A stretch of 64,000 nucleotides of DNA from an uncultured Candidatus Bathyarchaeia archaeon. GTDB lineage: Archaea; Thermoproteota; Bathyarchaeia; 40CM-2-53-6; DTDX01. Within the stretch, counting starts at the first letter, position 1. Every line of letters begins with the position of its first letter. The position numbers and the translations under genes are program-made. The notes under the pieces were generated by a model. The model worked only from the letters and a program-made list of their open reading frames with translations, had not been told where the DNA came from and made no database searches. Shown here in pieces: positions 19,753-27,623 of the stretch. The DNA is taken from contig CAZSNM010000002.1 of assembly GCA_964608455.1 (NCBI GenBank), positions 16,493 to 80,492 of the forward strand, read 5' to 3'.

Positions 19753-20347
19753 AAGAAAAGTTGAGTTTGTTACTCCTGGAGACAAATTAGGAGTTGTAGA
19801 AGAGTTTTCTCCAGGTTTGGGAACCTATGAAGTTAATGGAGTAATTTATGCTAAAGTTACTGGTTTGGCTACTAAAGATTTTATAAATAAAAGAATCTAT
19901 GTTAAACCATGCGTTAAACAACCTATTGTTCCAAATGAAGGAGATGAAGTTTTAGGTATAGTTACAGGAGTGCAGGATAAAGTGGCTATGATAAGCTTAT
20001 TTTCTATTAAAAATGTTTTTTTACAAAAACCATTTACAGGTTTTCTTCATATTTCAGTTTCAAGCCATAAATTTGAAAAAACAATGAGTGATGTATGTAA
20101 ACCTACCGATATAATTAAAGCTAAAGTTTTTAGTATAAATAATGGTGCTCTTCAATTAACAACAGCTGGAGAAAACTTAGGGGTTATATTAGCTTATTGC
20201 TCTCTTTGCGGAAATGAATTAAATTTAAAAAGCAGCAAAGGCGTATTAGAATGTAAAGTATGCGGTAATATTGAATATAGAAAAATAGCTAAAGATTATG
20301 GTTTCAAAAATATTGGGGGAGAAAAAATTGAATATTACAATAGTTAA
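19739..20347 (+). CDS. csl4: Exosome complex RNA-binding subunit Csl4
   Basis: S1 domain plus C-terminal CxxC...CxxC zinc ribbon. Confidence 0.8.
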   Translation: MMINKRKVEFVTPGDKLGVVEEFSPGLGTYEVNGVIYAKVTGLATKDFINKRIYVKPCVKQPIVPNEGDEVLGIVTGVQDKVAMISLFSIKNVFLQKPFTGFLHISVSSHKFEKTMSDVCKPTDIIKAKVFSINNGALQLTTAGENLGVILAYCSLCGNELNLKSSKGVLECKVCGNIEYRKIAKDYGFKNIGGEKIEYYNS

Positions 20348-20600
20348 AGAAAATGAGAAGGAAATTAAGTTGGAATTAGATGAAACCCATACTTTTTGTA
20401 ATCTTCTTCAAGCAATATTACTTGAAGATGAAGATGTTGAAATAGCAGGTTATGATGTCCCCCATCCCTTATTTAAAAAAGCAGTGTTTTACATTAGAGT
20501 TTCAGGTAAGGAAACAGCAAGAGAAGCTTTAAAAAAAGCATTAAAAAAAATAAAATCTCAAACAGAGGAATTTATGAGGAAGTTTGAGGAAATATCTTAA
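20298..20600 (+). CDS. rpoL: DNA-directed RNA polymerase subunit L (Rpo11)
   Basis: ELDETHTFCNLL motif aligns with archaeal RpoL; exact start uncertain (overlaps csl4; a TTG near 20328 is an alternative). Confidence 0.8.
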   Translation: MVSKILGEKKLNITIVKENEKEIKLELDETHTFCNLLQAILLEDEDVEIAGYDVPHPLFKKAVFYIRVSGKETAREALKKALKKIKSQTEEFMRKFEEIS

Positions 20601-20606
20601 AGGAAA

Positions 20607-20966
20607 TTGAATAAAAAATTGCTTAAAGAAATAATGCTTGATAAAAAACTTGCAAGATTTGGAGATTCCCTTTTAAATTTTCTATATTCTTTCGCACTTA
20701 CAAAAAGAAGGGGGGAGCCAATAGGAGAAAAAGTAAGCGATGAAATTCTAGCAATTGCAGCTAAAAATGTTGGAATTAAAAGTTTTTTACCATCAAGATT
20801 AAGCAAAGGCGAAATAGCAAATTCTATTGAAGCACTGCTTGGATATGCATGGTTAAAAAATAAAGTTTCAATTGAAGAATTAATGACAATTGAAAAAGAG
20901 ATTGATGAACCAGTTAAAGCAATTGAAAAGCTTGCTAAAATTCTTTTAGAAAAATTAAGCAAGTGA
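20607..20966 (+). CDS. RNase III-domain small protein (Mini-III-like)
   Basis: LARFGDSLLNFLYS resembles the RNase III signature ERLEFLGDS, and SIEALLGYAWL resembles the catalytic DxxEALIGA segment; about 119 aa, a single nuclease domain; TTG start. Confidence 0.45.
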   Translation: MNKKLLKEIMLDKKLARFGDSLLNFLYSFALTKRRGEPIGEKVSDEILAIAAKNVGIKSFLPSRLSKGEIANSIEALLGYAWLKNKVSIEELMTIEKEIDEPVKAIEKLAKILLEKLSK

Positions 20967-21463
20967 AGAATGTGAAAATTATAAAAAAAGAAGTTCGAGC
21001 AATAGGATTTGATGATGGAGGCGTCAATTCTAAAAGCATTATTGGAGTTATTTTTAGAGGAAATATATGCCTTGAAGGTTTAATCAAGATTGAAGCTGCA
21101 TATAACATAAATGTTACAGAAGAAATAATTAAAGTTTTAAAATCTTCACCTCATTTTAAACAATTAAGAATAATAATGCTGAATAAAGATGTTTTGATTG
21201 GAGAAAAAATTGATTTGCAAAAAATTTATGAAGAAACAAAGTTACCAGTTATAGTGTTTTATAGAGGGAAAATTTTAAAAAAAGGCTTTTCCACAATAAA
21301 AATTAATAAAAGGAAAATTTACTTTAAAACCGTTGGTTTAAACCAAGATTTAATTAAAGAAGTTTTAAAAAATTTTTCATTAAAAAAAGGTTTTCCTGAA
21401 CCTTTAAGAGTAGCTTTTTTAATTGCAAAAGCCTTTAAACGTTTTAAACATAGTACTTCATGA
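20963..21463 (+). CDS. DUF99 (UPF0215) family protein
   Basis: RAIGFDDGG N-terminal motif typical of DUF99. Confidence 0.65.
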   Translation: MKNVKIIKKEVRAIGFDDGGVNSKSIIGVIFRGNICLEGLIKIEAAYNINVTEEIIKVLKSSPHFKQLRIIMLNKDVLIGEKIDLQKIYEETKLPVIVFYRGKILKKGFSTIKINKRKIYFKTVGLNQDLIKEVLKNFSLKKGFPEPLRVAFLIAKAFKRFKHSTS

Positions 21464-21526
21464 AAAAGTTTAAATTAAACGTAAGCTAACTCAAACAAGA
21501 ATAACCTTATTGTAGAGGGGTTTTAA

Positions 21527-21850
21527 TTGCAGTTTTGCCCTAAATGTGGTACCGCTCTTACTCCAACAAAAGTAAATGATAAAATAGTATTAAAATGTAT
21601 GAGATGCGGTTATGAAACTGAAAAAACTGAAAAATCCGTTACTAAAGTGTTTCAAGAAAAAGAAAAAATAGTTGTTGTTGGTAAAGAAGAAGAAAAAATA
21701 AGAACAATGCCTAAAGTTAAAGCTGAATGTCCTAAATGCGGAAATAGAGAAGCTTTTTATTGGATAGTTCAAACAAGAGGCGCTGATGAATCTTCAACAC
21801 AATTCTTTAGATGCACTAAATGCGGTTATACCTGGCGTGAATTATCATAA
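21527..21850 (+). CDS. tfs: Transcription factor S (TFIIS-like; RpoM paralog)
   Basis: N-terminal FCPKCG zinc ribbon and C-terminal CPKCG...RGADE...RCTKCG zinc ribbon with the acidic hairpin; TTG start preceded by GAGGGG. Confidence 0.85.
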   Translation: MQFCPKCGTALTPTKVNDKIVLKCMRCGYETEKTEKSVTKVFQEKEKIVVVGKEEEKIRTMPKVKAECPKCGNREAFYWIVQTRGADESSTQFFRCTKCGYTWRELS

Positions 21851-21933
21851 ACTGATATAAAAAAGCTTTATTCTTTATTAATTCCATTAAACTTTATTTT
21901 AATTATTCAAAAAATTAAAAAATGGGGAGAGGC

Positions 21934-22686
21934 ATGTTTAAAGCTATAGTTTCAGATGCAAAACTTTTACGAAACATTTTAGCGGCGGTTTCAACGCTTG
22001 TAGAAGAAGTAGATCTTAACATGAATGAAGAAGGAATAAGTCTTAAAGCTTTAGATCCAAGCCATGTAGCTATGGTAAGTTTAAACTGGCCTAAGCAATC
22101 ATTTGAAAAATATGAATGCGATAAATTAACTAAAATAAGAATTAATTTAAGTAATATAGAGAAGCTTTTAAAAAAAGCTAAAAGCGATGAAAATGTTGAA
22201 ATAGATTATGATGAAACTTCAAGAAAGTTAACTATGATTCTTAAGGGGAAAATTACCAAAAAATTTGTTGTACCAACTTTAGAGGCTGGTGAAGAAGAGG
22301 CGCCTTCTCCAAAATTAACTTTTAACGCTAAAGTTAAAATTCTTTCAAGCAGTTTAAAAGAAATGATTGATGATGCTGAGGCAATAGCTGACAATGTTAC
22401 ATTAGAGGCAACTCAAGAAAAATTTATTGTTAATGCAACTTCAGAATTAAGTAATGCAACTTTTGAAGTTGAAAAAGGAAGTGAAGCTCTTTTAGAGCTT
22501 GAAGTTAAAGAACCTTCAAAAGCAACTTTTAATTTAAACTTTTTAGCTGAAATGGTTAAGGCTGGAGCTTCAACATCAGAAATAGCAACATTAGAGTTTT
22601 CAACAAATATGCCTATTAAGCTTGAGTTTAATTTAATTCAAGCAAACTTAGTTTATTATTTAGCTCCTAGAATAGAAACAACTTAA
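21934..22686 (+). CDS. pcn: DNA polymerase sliding clamp PCNA
   Basis: Full-length alignment to archaeal PCNA from MFKAIVSDAK; the track start (MGRG) is 4 codons upstream. Confidence 0.9.
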   Translation: MFKAIVSDAKLLRNILAAVSTLVEEVDLNMNEEGISLKALDPSHVAMVSLNWPKQSFEKYECDKLTKIRINLSNIEKLLKKAKSDENVEIDYDETSRKLTMILKGKITKKFVVPTLEAGEEEAPSPKLTFNAKVKILSSSLKEMIDDAEAIADNVTLEATQEKFIVNATSELSNATFEVEKGSEALLELEVKEPSKATFNLNFLAEMVKAGASTSEIATLEFSTNMPIKLEFNLIQANLVYYLAPRIETT

Positions 22687-22687
22687 C

Positions 22688-23731
22688 ATGTTAACTACTA
22701 TTGATTTAGCTAAATATCCATTCGTTAAAGAAGCTGCTGAATATATTAAAAGTTTAGGGCTTAAAATAGATGAGTTAACTTCAGCTGAATTTACTGAAAT
22801 AGTTAATAGAGCTGAAGAAAGAATAAAAGAAGCCTTAATAAACACTAAAATTTCAAAGGATTGGTTAAGAAATGATATTGAAATTTTATCATTTCCAACA
22901 GCAATTCTTTTGTTAAATAAAATTAAAGATGAAAAAATTAAACGAAGATATGCTTTATCAGAGGCTAAAAGAGCATATGAATTTTTAATAAATGAAGAAA
23001 ATGAAAAAATTCTTTATATAGCTAAAGAAACCTTTAATTGGAAAATAGATTTTGCCAACATAACAATTAACAATAGATTTTTCATTTTTAAAATTCATTT
23101 TTTAAATTATTTAAGAAATGCTATAAAAATTAAGGATGCTAAATGGAAGTTAACCAATAGAATTTTAAGAGAAGGCTATGTTTACATAACTAAGGAGGAA
23201 GCTGTAAGGCTTCTTGAAGAAGAAATTCAAAGAAAAATTTTAGCTAAAATAGAGGATTCAAAAATTGAAATTAAAAATTTTGAGGAACAAATAAAAAGGA
23301 TAATTGGATATTCAAATAAATTAAGTTTTGCTTCATCCACGGATTTACCTAAAACAATTGTGTTTTCAGCACTTCCACCATGTATAAAAAAAATTTATGA
23401 ATCTATAAAGTCTGGGGGGCATGCATCTCATATAGAAAGATTTACTTTAACAGCTTTTCTTTTAAATATAGGTTTAAAACCTGAAGAAATAACTCAAATT
23501 TTTAAGGAAGTTTCAGATTTCGATGAAGAAAAAACAAGATATCAAATTGAGCATATAGCGGGTGCAAGAGGTTCAGGAATTAAATATGCTCCACCAAAAT
23601 GTTCAACTTTAAAAACTTATGGCTTATGCATAAATCAAGATGAATTATGCAATAAAATAATGCATCCATTAACCTATTATAAAAAAGCGTTAAAACTTTG
23701 GAGAAAAAAAGTTGATAGAAGATTACATTAA
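22688..23731 (+). CDS. priL: DNA primase large subunit PriL
   Basis: C-terminal 4Fe-4S domain with PPCIKK...CSTLKTYGLC cysteines. Confidence 0.85.
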   Translation: MLTTIDLAKYPFVKEAAEYIKSLGLKIDELTSAEFTEIVNRAEERIKEALINTKISKDWLRNDIEILSFPTAILLLNKIKDEKIKRRYALSEAKRAYEFLINEENEKILYIAKETFNWKIDFANITINNRFFIFKIHFLNYLRNAIKIKDAKWKLTNRILREGYVYITKEEAVRLLEEEIQRKILAKIEDSKIEIKNFEEQIKRIIGYSNKLSFASSTDLPKTIVFSALPPCIKKIYESIKSGGHASHIERFTLTAFLLNIGLKPEEITQIFKEVSDFDEEKTRYQIEHIAGARGSGIKYAPPKCSTLKTYGLCINQDELCNKIMHPLTYYKKALKLWRKKVDRRLH

Positions 23732-24794
23732 AAAAAAGTTTTCAGAATATTATCGTTTATTTTCTTGGAGAATTAAAGAACCTAAAGAAATCACTAAAAG
23801 AGAATTCGGTTTTCTTCTTTTTAAAGAAAAAATTATGGTTCGTCATAAAGGTTTTTTAAATATTAATAATCTTCGAGAATTTATTAAAACAATTGTTCCA
23901 TCAGATGTTTATTATTCTTCAGCTTATTATTTAAAGCCTGAAGAAGAAATGAAAAATAAAGGATGGCTTGGTGCAGATTTAATATTTGATATAGATGCTG
24001 ATCATATAGATACTTTATGTAAAAAAGAGCATGATAAATGGATTTGTAAAAACTGTGGTTATATAGGTAAAGGGACTTCTCCAGAAAGTTGTTTAAAATG
24101 TGGAGAAAATAAAATTCAATCTGAAACATGGATTTGTCAAAAATGCTTGGATAAAGCTAAAGAAGAAGCTTTAAAACTAATAGATTTTTTAACAGAAGAT
24201 TTTGGATTTAAAAAGGATAATATTAAAGTGTATTTTACAGGCCATAGAGGTTACCATATTCATGTAGATTCAAAAGAAGCATTAGAATTAACCAGCGAGG
24301 AAAGAAAAGAAATAATTGATTATGTAATGGGTATTGGAATAGACTTAAATCTTTTAAATTTTTTAAATCTTGCTAAAGAGCAAACCTATGGTTGGATTAA
24401 AAGAATAACTTCTGCTATAAACTTTAATTCATTAAAAAAACCTGTAACTAAAAAGAGATTGCGTGAAATTCAATCTATTATTAAAGATAAAGCAGTTAAA
24501 GTAGATGCTATAGTCACTATGGATATCCATAGATTAATAAGGCTTCCAGAAACATTAAATGGTAAAACAGGTTTAAGAGCAGTTAAAATAGATTTAAATC
24601 ATTTTGAGAAATTTAACCCTTTTGTTGAAGCAGTTGCTTTAGAAAAGGGAGAAGAAAAAATTTACATTAAAGAAGCACCGAAATTTTTCTTAGGAAAAGA
24701 AGAGTTTGGACCTTATAAAAATGAGAAGGCAACTCTTTCAACAGCAGCAGCTTTACTTTTAATTTGTAAGGGAAAAGCTGAACCAGTGAATTAA
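23712..24794 (+). CDS. priS: DNA primase small (catalytic) subunit PriS
   Basis: REFGF motif, DIDADH catalytic aspartates, zinc knuckle CKNCG...CLKCG; TTG start 8 nt after GGAG, inside the priL 3' end. Confidence 0.85.
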   Translation: MIEDYIKKKFSEYYRLFSWRIKEPKEITKREFGFLLFKEKIMVRHKGFLNINNLREFIKTIVPSDVYYSSAYYLKPEEEMKNKGWLGADLIFDIDADHIDTLCKKEHDKWICKNCGYIGKGTSPESCLKCGENKIQSETWICQKCLDKAKEEALKLIDFLTEDFGFKKDNIKVYFTGHRGYHIHVDSKEALELTSEERKEIIDYVMGIGIDLNLLNFLNLAKEQTYGWIKRITSAINFNSLKKPVTKKRLREIQSIIKDKAVKVDAIVTMDIHRLIRLPETLNGKTGLRAVKIDLNHFEKFNPFVEAVALEKGEEKIYIKEAPKFFLGKEEFGPYKNEKATLSTAAALLLICKGKAEPVN

Positions 24795-24796
24795 AA

Positions 24797-25333
24797 ATGT
24801 TTAATGAATTATTTAAAGCTTGGAAAAAAGAGGAGGAAAATGAGGAAATTCAAAGTTTAAGCCAAGACTTTTATCTTAATATAAATCGCTATATTAATGG
24901 ATTAAAGGAAAAAATAGAGAGAGAACAAGATTCCATAAAGCTAGAATTAGCTAAAGAAGAATATAGTTATGCTGTTAAAATTTTAAGCAAGCTTGTAGAT
25001 GCAAGAATTAAAAAAATATTAAATAAGGTTATTGAAGAAAAAAAGGTGCCTTTAGAGCTTCTTGCGGAAGAAGAAAAAGAAGTATTTTCTCCATTAAATA
25101 AAGTTGTTGATTTAATAATTAAATTTAAGGAAAAGCTTTTTAAAGGAGAAATAGAATTAAAAAAGAAAAAACTTGTTATTGTAAGATTTCTTCAAGAACT
25201 TCCAAAAATAGTTGATGAAAATTTAAAAGTTTATGGACCTTTTGAAAGTGAAGATATAGCAGTTTTACCTGAGGAAAATGCTGAAGCATTAATTAAAAGA
25301 GGCGTGGTTGAAAAAATAGATTATAAAGATTAA
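24797..25333 (+). CDS. Putative GINS subunit (Gins51/Gins15-like)
   Basis: Conserved position after priS, as in Thermococcales; helical A-domain plus a small C-terminal beta domain; no strong motif. Confidence 0.5.
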   Translation: MFNELFKAWKKEEENEEIQSLSQDFYLNINRYINGLKEKIEREQDSIKLELAKEEYSYAVKILSKLVDARIKKILNKVIEEKKVPLELLAEEEKEVFSPLNKVVDLIIKFKEKLFKGEIELKKKKLVIVRFLQELPKIVDENLKVYGPFESEDIAVLPEENAEALIKRGVVEKIDYKD

Positions 25334-25438
25334 GAATATCCTTATGCATACTTAATGAATTAAAAAGGTGAAAAAGAAAGATTTATAACTTTTCAATAAA
25401 GCATAACGTTTAGGAAAGCTTAAAAAGGAGATTTTAAA

Positions 25439-25717
25439 ATGAAGGTTCCAAAAGAAATGAATGTTTATTGTCCTAGATGCAAAAAGCATTCACCTCATTC
25501 TGTTTCCCTTTATAAAAAGGGAAAAGAAAGAGCGTTAGCTATAGGAGCAAGAAGACATGAAAGAGAAAAGCATGGATATGGTGGACAAAAATGGCCTGAG
25601 CTTAAAAAAACAGCAAAAACAACAAAAAAACAATTGCTAAAGTTAAAATGTAAAGAATGCAATTATACAGTTTATAGACTTGGAATAAGGTTAAGAAAAC
25701 TTCAATTTGAGGCTTGA
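25439..25717 (+). CDS. rpl44e: 50S ribosomal protein L44e
   Basis: CPRCKKH...CKEC zinc ribbon; SD AAGGAG 9 nt upstream. Confidence 0.9.
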   Translation: MKVPKEMNVYCPRCKKHSPHSVSLYKKGKERALAIGARRHEREKHGYGGQKWPELKKTAKTTKKQLLKLKCKECNYTVYRLGIRLRKLQFEA

Positions 25718-25917
25718 AAAAAATGGCCAGGGTAGAGTTGATTCCTAAACCTTCAAGCAAATTTATTAAAGTTAAATGCCTTAAATGTGGAAATGAACAA
25801 ATAATTTTTGGTAAAGCTAGCATAAAAGTTAAGTGTAATGTGTGCGATGAGATTTTAGCTGAGCCAACAGGCGGACAAGTAAAACTTTTATGTGAAAAAC
25901 TGCAGGAGCTTGATTAA
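25714..25917 (+). CDS. rps27e: 30S ribosomal protein S27e
   Basis: VKCLKCGNEQIIF...CNVC zinc ribbon. Confidence 0.9.
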   Translation: MKKMARVELIPKPSSKFIKVKCLKCGNEQIIFGKASIKVKCNVCDEILAEPTGGQVKLLCEKLQELD

Positions 25918-25931
25918 TTAAGGGGAGAAAA

Positions 25932-26711
25932 ATGTCAACAAACAGAGAGTATCCTGAGGAGGGAGATTTAGTAATAGCTACTGTAAGGCGAATAACAGAT
26001 TATGGCGCTTATGTGACGCTTGATGAATATGATGATCAAGAAGGATTACTTCATATATCTGAAATAGCATCAACATGGGTTAAAAATATAAGAGATCATG
26101 TAAGAGAAGGACAAAAATTAGTTTTAAAGGTTTTAAGAGTTAATCCTGAAAAAGGCCATATAGATTTATCTTTAAGAAGAGTCACTGGAAAAGAAAAAAT
26201 GGAAAAACTTCTTCAATGGAAAATTGATAAAAAAGCAGACTCAATAATGAAGACTGCTATTGAAAAATTAAAGAAGACTGAAGAAGAAGCTAATGCAATT
26301 AAAGAAGTTATTTTAAAAAAATATGAAAGTTTATATGATGCTTTTGAAGAAGCCGTTGAAGAGGGACAAGAAGTATTTGAGAAACTTGGTATTTCTTCAG
26401 AATGGGCTAAAGCTTTAACTGAAGCAGCTAAATCAAAAATAAAAATTGAGAAAGCTAAGGTTTCAGCTACAATAGAATTAACTTGCTTAAAACCAGATGG
26501 AATAGAAGCTATAAAGCAAAGCTTGCTCAATGCTGAAAAAATTAGAAGGAAAGGCGCAAGCATAATTGCTTATGCTATAGGAGCGCCTAGATATAAAATA
26601 GAAGTTTTAGCTAATGATTATGGAGAGGCTGAAGCTCTTTTAAAAAAAGCTATAGATGAAGTTTTAACAACAATAAGAAATTTTGGAGGAGAAGGACGTC
26701 AAATAGATTGA
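25932..26711 (+). CDS. eif2a: Translation initiation factor aIF2 alpha subunit
   Basis: S1 domain (GDLVIATVRRITDYGAYV...LLHISE) plus helical and C-terminal domains. Confidence 0.9.
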   Translation: MSTNREYPEEGDLVIATVRRITDYGAYVTLDEYDDQEGLLHISEIASTWVKNIRDHVREGQKLVLKVLRVNPEKGHIDLSLRRVTGKEKMEKLLQWKIDKKADSIMKTAIEKLKKTEEEANAIKEVILKKYESLYDAFEEAVEEGQEVFEKLGISSEWAKALTEAAKSKIKIEKAKVSATIELTCLKPDGIEAIKQSLLNAEKIRRKGASIIAYAIGAPRYKIEVLANDYGEAEALLKKAIDEVLTTIRNFGGEGRQID

Positions 26712-26713
26712 AA

Positions 26714-26863
26714 ATGCAAATTAAAAAATGTAAAAAATGCGGAAGATATACTCTTAAAGAAAATTGTCCTTTATGCGGAGAAAAAACATTTAACCCTCAT
26801 CCTCCTAAATTCTCTTTAGATGATAAATATCTTAAATTAAGATTAAAAGCTGAAGAAAAATGA
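26714..26863 (+). CDS. nop10: H/ACA ribonucleoprotein component Nop10 (49 aa; absent from the ORF track)
   Basis: MQIKKCKKCGRYTLKENCPLCGEKTFNPHPPKFSLDDKY matches Nop10; sits in the conserved aIF2a-Nop10-PAC2 position. Confidence 0.85.
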   Translation: MQIKKCKKCGRYTLKENCPLCGEKTFNPHPPKFSLDDKYLKLRLKAEEK

Positions 26864-27621
26864 AAACTATCCTTAAGGAGTGTAAAGTTAAACCTGTTAA
26901 CCCCATAATTATAGAGGGGTTACCAGGATTAGGTTCTGTTGGAAAAATAGTTGCTTCATACCTTATTTCTCAATTAAAAGCTAAAAAAATAGCTGAGCTT
27001 TATTCACCTCATTTTCCTCATTACGCTTTAGTAAATGGACAGGGAGTTGCAAGATTACCTAAAAGCACATTTTATTACTATAAAAACAAGAAAAGAAAGC
27101 TTGAGCTTATTATAATTACTGGTGATTGCCAACCTCAAACTAATATAGGGCAATATGAAGTGGCAGAAAAAATAGTTGAATATGCTAAAAAATATTCAAG
27201 TAAGCTTCTTATAAGTATTGGAGGCTACAGTTCAAGTAGAAAAGAGGAGCCTAAAGTTTATGGAGCAGCCACAAATGTTAAATTAATTAATCAATTAATT
27301 AAGATGGGTGTTGCTATTAATGAGGATGGTGTCCCAATAGTTGGTGTAGCTGGAATATTACTTCCTTTAGCTAAAGCTAAGGGTTTAAATGCAGTATGTT
27401 TGCTTGGAGAAACGTTGGGCTATATTCCAGATCCTAAAGCTGCTAAAAGTGTTTTAAAGGTTTTAAATCAATTTTTAAACTTGAAAATCGATTTAAAAGA
27501 GTTGGAAAAAGAAATTAAAGAAATGGGAAAGCTTGAAGAAAAAATTCTTAAAACAACCCAAAGTTTTGAGGAAACATTTGAAGAAAAGAAAATAACTGAA
27601 AAATTCTCATATATATCTTAA
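26860..27621 (+). CDS. PAC2 family proteasome-assembly chaperone-like protein
   Basis: IIEGLPGLGSVGKIVASYL N-terminus typical of archaeal PAC2/DUF75; ATGA overlap with nop10. Confidence 0.75.
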   Translation: MKTILKECKVKPVNPIIIEGLPGLGSVGKIVASYLISQLKAKKIAELYSPHFPHYALVNGQGVARLPKSTFYYYKNKKRKLELIIITGDCQPQTNIGQYEVAEKIVEYAKKYSSKLLISIGGYSSSRKEEPKVYGAATNVKLINQLIKMGVAINEDGVPIVGVAGILLPLAKAKGLNAVCLLGETLGYIPDPKAAKSVLKVLNQFLNLKIDLKELEKEIKEMGKLEEKILKTTQSFEETFEEKKITEKFSYIS

Positions 27622-27623
27622 CT

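Noticed and set aside
20597-20962. 121-aa minus-strand ORF mirroring the Mini-III-like gene
   Set aside because: The plus-strand frame has RNase III-like motifs, K/E-rich composition like neighbouring genes, and operon continuity with rpoL and DUF99. The minus frame is S/F/L-rich antisense-type.
21922-21933. N-terminal extension MGRG on PCNA
   Set aside because: Homolog alignment starts at MFKAIVSDAK and the upstream ATG lacks any RBS. Treated as over-extension by the longest-ORF rule.
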